A stretch of 64,000 bases of DNA from Flavobacteriales bacterium (GTDB lineage: Bacteria; Bacteroidota; Bacteroidia; Flavobacteriales; UBA7430). A program made the position numbers and the translations under genes. Where the stretch lies: positions 84,676 through 148,675 of the forward strand of contig JAKMFX010000019.1 of NCBI GenBank assembly GCA_022425195.1. Reading direction: 5' to 3'. Shown here in pieces: positions 31,214-39,106 of the stretch (the first letter of the stretch is position 1; each line of letters opens with the position of its first letter). A model generated the notes under the pieces. The model was not told the DNA's origin, searched no databases, and worked only from the letters and a program-made list of their open reading frames with translations.

Positions 31214-31996
31214 TTAATGAGGCACTTGATGCGCAAGATTTTCGTTCACAAAATTATAAACGTATTCGGGATGAAGTTTCACAACTTCCCCAATCACAAT
31301 AACTCCAGGACCTTCTTGAGGTTCTGATTTTAGTTTATCAACGATGTTCGACATCTTCCCTACAAAGATCTTCTCATTGGGTAGGGAGCCGTTGAATATG
31401 ACTGCAATGGGGTAATTAGATCTTCCTTCCTCAGAATATATGGCCGCTATTTCTTCTATTTTTCGCAAGCCCATTAATATGACTACCGTGGCATCAGACT
31501 GAACAGCCAGAGAAACATCTTTCGAAAGCTTCCCATTGCTCTTCGTTCCCGTAATCACCCAGAATCCGTCGTTTATTCCTCTTTTCGTTAAGGGAATGCC
31601 CTGTAAACCTGTTAAAGCAATCGAGCTTGAAATTCCCGGTATATATTCGGTTTCTATGCCGTGAAGTTCTGCGTACTCTTTTTCTTCATACCCTCTTCCA
31701 AAAACATATGGATCTCCACCTTTTAAGCGTATCACGCTTCCCGCTTCTTCAACGTATTTTACAATGAGCTCATTGATTGCATCTTGAGAAAAAGAAGGCT
31801 CGCCAGCTCTTTTTCCGACAGAAATCTTAAGTGCAGCATCATTTGCTGCCTCAAGCAACTCTGGGTTCACCAATGCATCATACAAGATGACTTTGGCATC
31901 TCTAATGGCTCGGAAGCCCTTCCACGTGATCAACTCTGGATCACCTGGTCCTGCTCCAAGAATCATTAACTTACCCTTTGTCGTTTGCTTAATCAT
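31214..31996 (-). CDS. cobA: Uroporphyrinogen-III C-methyltransferase (siroheme branch)
   Basis: LGAGPGDPELIT and RLKGGDPYVFGRG motifs. Confidence 0.88.
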   Translation of the reverse strand: MIKQTTKGKLMILGAGPGDPELITWKGFRAIRDAKVILYDALVNPELLEAANDAALKISVGKRAGEPSFSQDAINELIVKYVEEAGSVIRLKGGDPYVFGRGYEEKEYAELHGIETEYIPGISSSIALTGLQGIPLTKRGINDGFWVITGTKSNGKLSKDVSLAVQSDATVVILMGLRKIEEIAAIYSEEGRSNYPIAVIFNGSLPNEKIFVGKMSNIVDKLKSEPQEGPGVIVIGEVVKLHPEYVYNFVNENLAHQVPH

Positions 31997-32723
31997 TGTT
32001 CTTTTCTCTTAATGCAAAAGCATCTTTCACAAACTTTACAGCAAGTGTTAAGTAACTTTGAGCAAAATCTTTAGTTGGTGCATTTTCATTCATGGCATAA
32101 ACCGTTTCCTGAAAGCTATTTTCTAAATTAAAGTGTGCAGCTTGAGGATACTTCTCATCAAAGTCTTTGATGATTCCTGCCTGAGTGTTGGTTTTCAATC
32201 CTTCAGAAACCAACAATGCTTTTGCTGTATTTACCAATGCTGAATAAGAATGGTAAATCGAATCTGAGTATGCATCTGCTTCGAAAGCTTCCGTTCCAGA
32301 CGCCAAACGCTCTTCCGACTCCAAAAGCAAAGTGGAAACAAGATCAATTGTAACCCCAGCACATTCACCAACTCCAATTTCGGTTTTGAAAGTCTCATCA
32401 TGACCCCAGTCTATGAAATCACTATCCACCAAATTATCTGTAGATGCCAAGCTTTTCAATAACTCATAGAAGTATGGCTTCCCTTGTCTTTGGTAATAAT
32501 CAATATGATACTCCCCTTCATTAGCGTGAGCTTCATAATCATTCAAAATCGTTTTTAAAGCTAATGGTGCTCTCTTGCTTGGGATCTTAACAATCTTATC
32601 CGAAACACGTCCGGCACCATCACCAATAACCCCTCCTCCGAGAAGGATTTGGGTTGCAGGTAATATCCCCTTCTTTACTTTAATTGCAATGGAATCCAAT
32701 GGCAGCCATCGAGTGTTGCCCAC
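31989..32723 (-). CDS. Sulfite reductase hemoprotein, C-terminal fragment: end of the NiR/SiR domain plus a helical C-terminal extension. Read in a different frame from the N-terminal fragment.
   Basis: ...IKVKKGILPATQILLGGGVIGDGAGR continues the SiR fold that breaks off in the upstream ORF. It overlaps that ORF by 44 nt in another frame. Confidence 0.7.
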   Translation of the reverse strand: MGNTRWLPLDSIAIKVKKGILPATQILLGGGVIGDGAGRVSDKIVKIPSKRAPLALKTILNDYEAHANEGEYHIDYYQRQGKPYFYELLKSLASTDNLVDSDFIDWGHDETFKTEIGVGECAGVTIDLVSTLLLESEERLASGTEAFEADAYSDSIYHSYSALVNTAKALLVSEGLKTNTQAGIIKDFDEKYPQAAHFNLENSFQETVYAMNENAPTKDFAQSYLTLAVKFVKDAFALREKNND

Positions 32724-34083
32724 ATGAGTTCATACACCCACTGATTTTAATCTTTAAATTTTTGTTGTAGATGTAGTCTGGATAATCTTGCTTTAAAACA
32801 TCTTCCAAGGCCCCAGCAACTCCTGTACTGTTGGCAATACCCAAGTTACACGTGTCGGTACCCGGACAAGCGGTAACATCATGAGTGCTGTCTGCACCTG
32901 GCACCGCAAAACCTAAACCGTCTAACTCGCTGTAAAGCACTTTTAGATTCGCTTCAGGAACGAACTTAATGACAAAGCCCTGACCGATGGTAAATCGAAT
33001 TTCATCGGAAGCCAATCTCTCAACAATCTTGGCAAGCGCACGTGCTTGAGTCGTTGTGAAGTCCCCTGTCAGAAGTCTTACGTTCACGGCATAGTACCCC
33101 TCTTGCTTTTGAGCGATCACATTACTCTTAAACCATTTGTCATAAGCTTCTGCATCAACATCTACATTAACGGTTTCAGTTAAAGGCTGAGGTCTTTTGC
33201 TTTCTTCGTAGGTGTCTGGATCAATATGAAACGTTTGGTGTTTTAATGCTTTACGCTCTAACTCAACCAATCTTTGAAATTCTTCTACACCAATCTTTTT
33301 CACCAAATACTTTAAACGAGCTTTGTTTCTTCGGGCTCTTTCTCCGTGCTTATCAAATACACGTACCAAGGCTTCGCTGTAAGGAATGATTGCGTCTTCC
33401 GGAAGGAAGTCGTAAACCGACTGCGCCAAGTAAGGCTGGGCACCCAAACCACCTGCGATCACGACTTTAAAACCACGCTGCTCTTCGCCGTTAACAATTC
33501 TTGTTTTTGCGATAAACCCAATATCGTGAATAAACGTATAAGCGCTGTCTTCCTCATCTGAGGAAAAAGCAATTTTCACCTTACGACCCATCTCTTGAGA
33601 AATAGGGTTTCTCAAAAAGAATTCAAACATTGCATGTGCATATGGACTCACATCAAACGGCTCATTTTTGTCAACTCCTGCCAAAGCAGATGCAGTAATG
33701 TTTCTTACCGTATTTCCACAAGCCTCCCTAAGCGTTACATCGTCTTTTTCAAGATCTGCCCATAGTTGAGGCGTTCTATCTAAACTCACATAGTGAATTT
33801 GAATGTCCTGACGTGTGGTAATGTGTAATTTTCCTGTTGAGTATTCATCGGCAACATCGGCAATTCTGAGCAACTGATTCAATTTTGTCTTACCGTATGG
33901 GAGCTTAATACGTATCATTTGCACTCCAGATTGACGCTGTCCATAAACCCCTCTTGCCAAACGAAGACTTCTGAACTTGTCTTCATCTAACTTACCATCT
34001 TTAAAAAGGTGGATCTTTCTTTCCAACTCAATAATATCCTTTTCTACTACAGGATTTTCAATTTCGGTTCTAAAACTTTGCAT
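32680..34083 (-). CDS. Assimilatory sulfite reductase hemoprotein (ferredoxin-type NiR/SiR family), N-terminal fragment ending prematurely
   Basis: Siroheme/4Fe-4S cysteine motifs TACPGTDTCNLG and SGCMNSCGQH. The stop comes directly after AAIGFHCN, inside the conserved domain. Confidence 0.8.
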   Translation of the reverse strand: MQSFRTEIENPVVEKDIIELERKIHLFKDGKLDEDKFRSLRLARGVYGQRQSGVQMIRIKLPYGKTKLNQLLRIADVADEYSTGKLHITTRQDIQIHYVSLDRTPQLWADLEKDDVTLREACGNTVRNITASALAGVDKNEPFDVSPYAHAMFEFFLRNPISQEMGRKVKIAFSSDEEDSAYTFIHDIGFIAKTRIVNGEEQRGFKVVIAGGLGAQPYLAQSVYDFLPEDAIIPYSEALVRVFDKHGERARRNKARLKYLVKKIGVEEFQRLVELERKALKHQTFHIDPDTYEESKRPQPLTETVNVDVDAEAYDKWFKSNVIAQKQEGYYAVNVRLLTGDFTTTQARALAKIVERLASDEIRFTIGQGFVIKFVPEANLKVLYSELDGLGFAVPGADSTHDVTACPGTDTCNLGIANSTGVAGALEDVLKQDYPDYIYNKNLKIKISGCMNSCGQHSMAAIGFHCN

Positions 34084-34111
34084 GCGATTTGGGGTTTAGT
34101 GTTTTGGGTAT

Positions 34112-34141
34112 AAAAAAAACCTTTCTAGGAGGAAAGGCTTT
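34112..34141 (-). terminator. Intrinsic terminator inside the 5' leader of the cysteine operon (attenuator terminator)
   Basis: Minus strand AAAGCCTTTCctcctaGAAAGGTTTTTTTT. It lies 28 nt upstream of the sir ATG and about 30 nt downstream of the Cys-rich leader ORF stop. No upstream same-strand gene needs terminating. Confidence 0.65.
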
Positions 34142-34167
34142 GTATATCTATGATTTCTTGTTTGTCA

Positions 34168-34275
34168 TTAGCATATATCTAACCTTTCGTTTTGTGTACA
34201 ACAACACATTACATAACAGGCACAACAATTCATCATTGCGTTGTCTAGGTTAGTGTATGTATTTGAATTTTTCAT
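34168..34275 (-). CDS. Cysteine-rich leader peptide ORF (35 codons, 7 Cys): MKNSNTYTNLDNAMMNCCACYVMCCCTQNERLDIC
   Basis: I translated this by hand from the minus strand; it is absent from the ORF track because it is too short. There is an in-frame TAA 11 codons upstream of the ATG. Codons 17, 18, 20, 24, 25 and 26 are UGU, and codon 35 is UGC. Followed by the terminator above. Confidence 0.6.
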   Translation of the reverse strand: MKNSNTYTNLDNAMMNCCACYVMCCCTQNERLDIC

Positions 34276-34648
34276 GCTGTTGTTTATATAGGGTAATTGT
34301 GAGTGTGCTTAAATGATGGTTCATCTTAGCAACAACAGCAAGTTGCCTGTGTGGATACACGAGCAGATCTAGTAAGATCGTTGGATAGGGCTAAAAAAGT
34401 AATTTTCTTCATCACTTTTAGGGTCTGTAAAGTATTGTTAAAAACTTTTTGTAAATATACGACCATAATCAATTACAAAACAAGCAATCTTTTATTTATT
34501 TTAAAACTAATTGCGTTCGCAACTCCTCCAATACAACAAATGTTTCCCTCAAATTCACCGCTATAACCTACGTCATCATAGAGAGTTAAATAAATCAAAT
34601 CATGTAGATAGCTCTATATTATTTTTTATATTTAGACCATGATATAAT

Positions 34649-37192
34649 TTGTTTGAGATGAAATATTTTTGGCTAGCACTGGTGTTTATAAGTCCTTTAA
34701 ACGCCCAATTTTTCGATGACTTTTCCGATGGTGATTTTAAGGAGCACCCTACATGGCAAGGAACAGAAGCACACTTTGAGATCAATGATGAAAAGGGCTT
34801 GCGCCTGAACGCCCCCAGAGAAAGTGGTGTTTCCTACCTATCTACCCCCACTCAGTTGCTCGAAAACAGCTCTTGGCAAATGTCTCTGAAGTTAGATTTC
34901 AACCCCTCTTCGTCCAACTATTTAGACTGGTATTTAATGGCAAATGATTCGGTATTGAATCGTTCTTCAAAAGCCTACTTTGTAAGAGTTGGAGGGACTA
35001 CCGACGACATTTCTCTATATAAAAAAATCAACGGAGATGAAGTTAAAATCATTGACGGCTTGGACAAGCGTACTGACAGTAATCCTGTACAACTGCATCT
35101 TAAAATCTCACAATCTCTAAACGGCCTATGGCGTTTATGGATAGATGTAATGGAGGGAAAGGACTGGGTTTTGGAGGGGGAGGTGATGGACCAGGAAGTT
35201 CGTGAGACCAAATATACTGGTATTCATTGTGTATATACCTCCACGCGCAGTAATCGATTTTATTTCGATGATTTTATCCTCAACGGAAGCCTATTCATAG
35301 ACAGTATTCCGCCTAAGCTCATTACATCTTCGGTCGGAAACGAAAACACCCTCCAATTGCAATTTGATGCTGAAGACCTTGCTCCTCCCTCCTTGAATCA
35401 CTATACCCTCAACCCACAAACGATAAGACCCAGACAAGTTTTGCAAACCGGAAGTAAAATAACCCTCATCTTTGAAAATGATCTTCCCAGCAATACACAC
35501 TTTCATCTCGAGATAAAAGGCTTGTCGGATTCCACAGGCAATCTAATGGCAGATACACTTATTGAATTTTACAGACAATCTCACCTACCATTCGACCTCG
35601 TCATAAATGAAATCATGATGAATCCAGTGCCTAAAGTGCAACTCCCAAAGACAGAGTATATAGAGCTCTTCAACCGAACCGAATATCCGCTAACCATAAG
35701 AGGGTGGAAAGTCAAAATAAATCATAGCATTCGTGAAATCCCAGAAGTAACCATCCCAGCACAAGATCACCTCTTACTTACAAATCCAGAAGATTTACAT
35801 CCATTTAACGCACCATTCAAAGCAGCCCTAAGTCCATGGGTAAGCCTAGGCAATACTGAAAGTTACATCGGCCTGATGGACGAAGAAGGAAACATCATCC
35901 ACGAGGTGGAGTACCACAAATCATGGGTTCAAAACTCAAATAAAGAACGGGGTGGGTGGGCCCTAGAAATGATGGACCCAGAGCACTATTGTAGCGGAAA
36001 AATCAATTGGGGAGTTTGCAAGAATGACATCGGCGGTACACCGGGCTTCCCCAATAGCATAAGAGAAGATAAAGACGAAAGTAGCAACCTTCATATTCAA
36101 GACATCGTAGCTGTTGAACAAAATGAAATACAAATTCACTGGTCGGAAAACCTCTACGATTCGACGCTTTTCACAATCAACTCCACCTCCTTTTACCCCG
36201 CGATTGACGTTCGCAACATCCGCCACATACAAAACAAAACTTGGGTTCAATTTGCCGAGGATTTAAAAGAAGGCGAAAGCTATTTATTTGAAACCCCAGC
36301 TCTGAAAGACTGTTATCATCATGAGATCCAAAAGGCCCATCATGAATTTAGAAAAGGGCTATGGCCAGAAACAGGAGCTATTTATCTGAATGAATTGCTA
36401 TTTAACCCTCCGACGGGAGGTTATGACTATGTAGAGCTTTATAATACTTCCGAAGAATATATAGATCTTTCCAAACTTTACCTGGGAAACTATGACAGTC
36501 TATTCAACACCATTACAAATACAGAAAGGATCACCACAGACCCAGTGAATTTCCCCCCTAAGACGTATCTGGCATTGTGTGAAAACAAAGGTTGGATGGC
36601 GTCGAACTATAAAACCGACGTTTCCGTTAAATTTCTTGAGGTCCATCGGCTTCCTAATCTCCCGCGTCAAAAAGGAAGCCTCGCATTGAGCAATCTGGCC
36701 TTTGAAGTACTGGACAATTACAGCTATCATGAAAACCAGCATTTCTCGCGTTTAGGATCCCCAAAAGGGGTGGCTCTTGAAAGGTTGCATCCTACCTCAA
36801 CAAAATGGTTCTCCGCTTCATCAATGGAAAATTATGGAACTCCAGGAAGGAAAAACTCTCAATTCACTTACGAAGCACCGAGCAAAGCTAAGCTAGAAAT
36901 CCTGCCCGAAGTGTTTACGCCTAATCTGGACGGTAGGGAAGATTTTACAAACATTACACTCGTTCCTAAAAATCCAGTGAAGATAAACATCCACATATAC
37001 AATAAAAAGGGGAGGGTCATTCGTGAGCTTTGTCAATCGGAATTGATCACTCGGAAAACCCAATGGATTTGGGATGGCTTGAGCGAAGAAAAGCTCGAGC
37101 TACCCATCGGCATTTACATGATTGTTGTTGAATTATGGTCTTCTAAAGGCAAACCCGAATACCTGAAGCATCCCGTCGTCATACATCACTAA
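34649..37192 (+). CDS. Large secreted protein with two lamin-tail-domain (LTD)-like modules and a T9SS type-B-like C-terminal domain
   Basis: Signal peptide (KYFWLALVFISPLNAQ). LTD signatures INEIMMNP...EYIELFNRTEYPLTIRGWKV and LNELLFNP...DYVELYNTSEEYIDLSKLYL. C-terminal EVFTPNLDGREDF motif. Confidence 0.7.
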   Translation: MFEMKYFWLALVFISPLNAQFFDDFSDGDFKEHPTWQGTEAHFEINDEKGLRLNAPRESGVSYLSTPTQLLENSSWQMSLKLDFNPSSSNYLDWYLMANDSVLNRSSKAYFVRVGGTTDDISLYKKINGDEVKIIDGLDKRTDSNPVQLHLKISQSLNGLWRLWIDVMEGKDWVLEGEVMDQEVRETKYTGIHCVYTSTRSNRFYFDDFILNGSLFIDSIPPKLITSSVGNENTLQLQFDAEDLAPPSLNHYTLNPQTIRPRQVLQTGSKITLIFENDLPSNTHFHLEIKGLSDSTGNLMADTLIEFYRQSHLPFDLVINEIMMNPVPKVQLPKTEYIELFNRTEYPLTIRGWKVKINHSIREIPEVTIPAQDHLLLTNPEDLHPFNAPFKAALSPWVSLGNTESYIGLMDEEGNIIHEVEYHKSWVQNSNKERGGWALEMMDPEHYCSGKINWGVCKNDIGGTPGFPNSIREDKDESSNLHIQDIVAVEQNEIQIHWSENLYDSTLFTINSTSFYPAIDVRNIRHIQNKTWVQFAEDLKEGESYLFETPALKDCYHHEIQKAHHEFRKGLWPETGAIYLNELLFNPPTGGYDYVELYNTSEEYIDLSKLYLGNYDSLFNTITNTERITTDPVNFPPKTYLALCENKGWMASNYKTDVSVKFLEVHRLPNLPRQKGSLALSNLAFEVLDNYSYHENQHFSRLGSPKGVALERLHPTSTKWFSASSMENYGTPGRKNSQFTYEAPSKAKLEILPEVFTPNLDGREDFTNITLVPKNPVKINIHIYNKKGRVIRELCQSELITRKTQWIWDGLSEEKLELPIGIYMIVVELWSSKGKPEYLKHPVVIHH

Positions 37193-37220
37193 CAAAAGCA
37201 AAATATAGAAAACAAAAAAA

Positions 37221-37317
37221 GGGCAAGCTACTTAAATCACAGTGCTCAACCCTCTACCCTTGCTGCGTTCCCGCCCTGGGGGAATTTGAGGGGAGCGACT
37301 TGTCTAAGACTTGCCCC
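37221..37317 (-). ncRNA. ffs: Small bacterial SRP RNA (4.5S-type)
   Basis: Minus strand GGGGCAAGTCTTAGA...CCCCAGGGCGGGAACGCAGCAAGGGTAGAGGG...TTTAAGTAGCTTGCCC. The termini pair (GGGCAAG/CTTGCCC). Apical GCG-GGAA-CGC tetraloop with flanking AGCA/CAGG motifs as in domain IV. Followed by a T7 run and preceded by a TAnnTTTG box. Confidence 0.72.
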
Positions 37318-37320
37318 GCG

Positions 37321-37328
37321 CAAAGATA
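37321..37328 (-). promoter_or_regulatory. Candidate -7 promoter box for the SRP RNA
   Basis: Minus strand TATCTTTG fits TAnnTTTG and ends a few nt before the predicted 5' G-run of the SRP RNA. Confidence 0.5.
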
Positions 37329-37386
37329 CGATTCTTTGGATTTTGGGCTGCCTAAACTTTAGAAATTTTACAGGTACATAAAGGAT

Positions 37387-37421
37387 GAAAAAAATCCCTT
37401 TTCCGAAATGGAAAAGGGATT
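37387..37421 (-). terminator. Intrinsic terminator downstream of the glycyl-tRNA synthetase gene
   Basis: Minus strand AATCCCTTTTCCatttcGGAAAAGGGATT followed by TTTTTTTC. Confidence 0.8.
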
Positions 37422-37446
37422 GAATCTATCACCTTAAAAAATGAGC

Positions 37447-38988
37447 TTAACACTTCGCTAAATTGTGGCGTATGCTTACAGATTGGTCAATAATATCTCG
37501 AACGGCATCGATAGATACTCGTTCTTGCTCCATACTATCTCTGTGACGAATGGTCACACAATTGTCATTTGCCGAATCGTTATCCACCGTAATACAGAAA
37601 GGAGTTCCATTGGCATCTTGCCGACGATAACGGCGTCCTATCGAATCTTTTTCTTCTATTACGCAATTGAACTCTAATTTCAATTCATCGTATAATTTTC
37701 TTGCGAGCTCAGGAAGACCGTCCTTTTTGGTTAGCGGTAAAATAGCCGCTTTTACCGGAGCCAAGACTGGAGGTAAAGCAAGAACAACTCGTGTGTCATT
37801 ATCACCTACTTGTTCCTCGCGATATGCATTACACATGGTCAATAAGAACATTCGATCCACACCTATAGACGTTTCAACCACATAAGGCGTATAGCTCTCA
37901 TTGATTTCTGGATCGAAATACTGAACTTTCCTTCCGGAGTATTCCTGATGTGCTTTGAGGTCAAAATCGGTGCGCGAGTGAATCCCTTCTACCTCTTTAA
38001 ACCCAAATGGGAATTGATATTCTATATCGGCAGCAGCATTTGCGTAATGTGCCAATTTTTCATGATCGTGAAAACGGTATTTCTCTGCCTCAACACCTAA
38101 AGATAAGTGCCACTTATGGCGTGCCTCTTTCCAATGCTCATACCATTTCATTTCTTCTCCTGGACGAACAAAAAATTGCATTTCCATCTGCTCAAACTCA
38201 CGCATTCGGAAGATAAACTGTCGAGCTACAATCTCATTACGGAAAGCTTTACCTATCTGGGCGATTCCGAAAGGCACTTTCATTCGCGCCGTTTTCTGGA
38301 CATTCAAAAAGTTCACGAAAATTCCCTGAGCGGTTTCTGGTCGCAACCACAAATCACTTGAAGCGTCAGCCGTCGCTCCCATTTTAGTTCCAAACATCAA
38401 ATTAAACTGACGTACATCGGTCCAATTGGAAGTTCCTGATATCGGGCATTTGATTTCTAATTCCTCGATGAGCGCTTTCACATCAGCAAGGTCCTCTTTC
38501 TCTAAGCTTCCATTCAAACGCTTCGAAATGTCTGCCATCTTTTCCTTATAACCCAAAACTCTTGGGTTTGTTTCCAAAAACTGCGCTTGATCAAAAGCAT
38601 CGCCAAAACGCTTGGCCGCCTTCTTAACCTCTTTGGCAATTTTACCTTCAATCTTGGCGATAAAGTCCTCTACCAAAACATCTGCTCTGTAGCGCTTCTT
38701 AGAATCCTTGTTATCAATTAAAGGATCGTTAAACGCATCTACGTGACCAGAGGCTTTCCATATGGTCGGATGCATGAAAATTGCAGAGTCAATACCGACA
38801 ATGTTTTCATTCATCTTTACCATCGATGCCCACCAATATTCTTTGATGTTTTTCTTGAGCTCTGACCCGTTAGATCCGTAGTCGTATACTGCTGCCAAGC
38901 CGTCGTATAATTCACTTGATTGAAAAACGTATCCGTACTCCTTGGAGTGCGCTATAACTTTCTTGAAAATGTCTTGTTGATTTGCCAT
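37447..38988 (-). CDS. glyQS: Glycine--tRNA ligase (dimeric class II type)
   Basis: 513 aa with LRPETAQG, FRNEI and GVDR class II motifs and a C-terminal anticodon-binding domain. Confidence 0.93.
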   Translation of the reverse strand: MANQQDIFKKVIAHSKEYGYVFQSSELYDGLAAVYDYGSNGSELKKNIKEYWWASMVKMNENIVGIDSAIFMHPTIWKASGHVDAFNDPLIDNKDSKKRYRADVLVEDFIAKIEGKIAKEVKKAAKRFGDAFDQAQFLETNPRVLGYKEKMADISKRLNGSLEKEDLADVKALIEELEIKCPISGTSNWTDVRQFNLMFGTKMGATADASSDLWLRPETAQGIFVNFLNVQKTARMKVPFGIAQIGKAFRNEIVARQFIFRMREFEQMEMQFFVRPGEEMKWYEHWKEARHKWHLSLGVEAEKYRFHDHEKLAHYANAAADIEYQFPFGFKEVEGIHSRTDFDLKAHQEYSGRKVQYFDPEINESYTPYVVETSIGVDRMFLLTMCNAYREEQVGDNDTRVVLALPPVLAPVKAAILPLTKKDGLPELARKLYDELKLEFNCVIEEKDSIGRRYRRQDANGTPFCITVDNDSANDNCVTIRHRDSMEQERVSIDAVRDIIDQSVSIRHNLAKC

Positions 38989-39106
38989 AGCTGCAAAAGT
39001 AATAAATAGTATGATATGACCGAGAAGTGTTCAGCGAAGTTCATGGATTAACACCAGGCACAGGGTTAAAAGAAACTCTGGGGTAGGGTGGGTCAACAGA
39101 GAAAAA

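Noticed and set aside
34351-34566. 71-aa plus-strand ORF, and the 61-aa minus-strand ORF at 34600-34785, in the divergent region between the cys operon and the LTD protein gene.
   Set aside because: The translations are AT-rich and low-complexity. One overlaps the start of the well-supported 847-aa gene. Both are treated as promoter or leader DNA.
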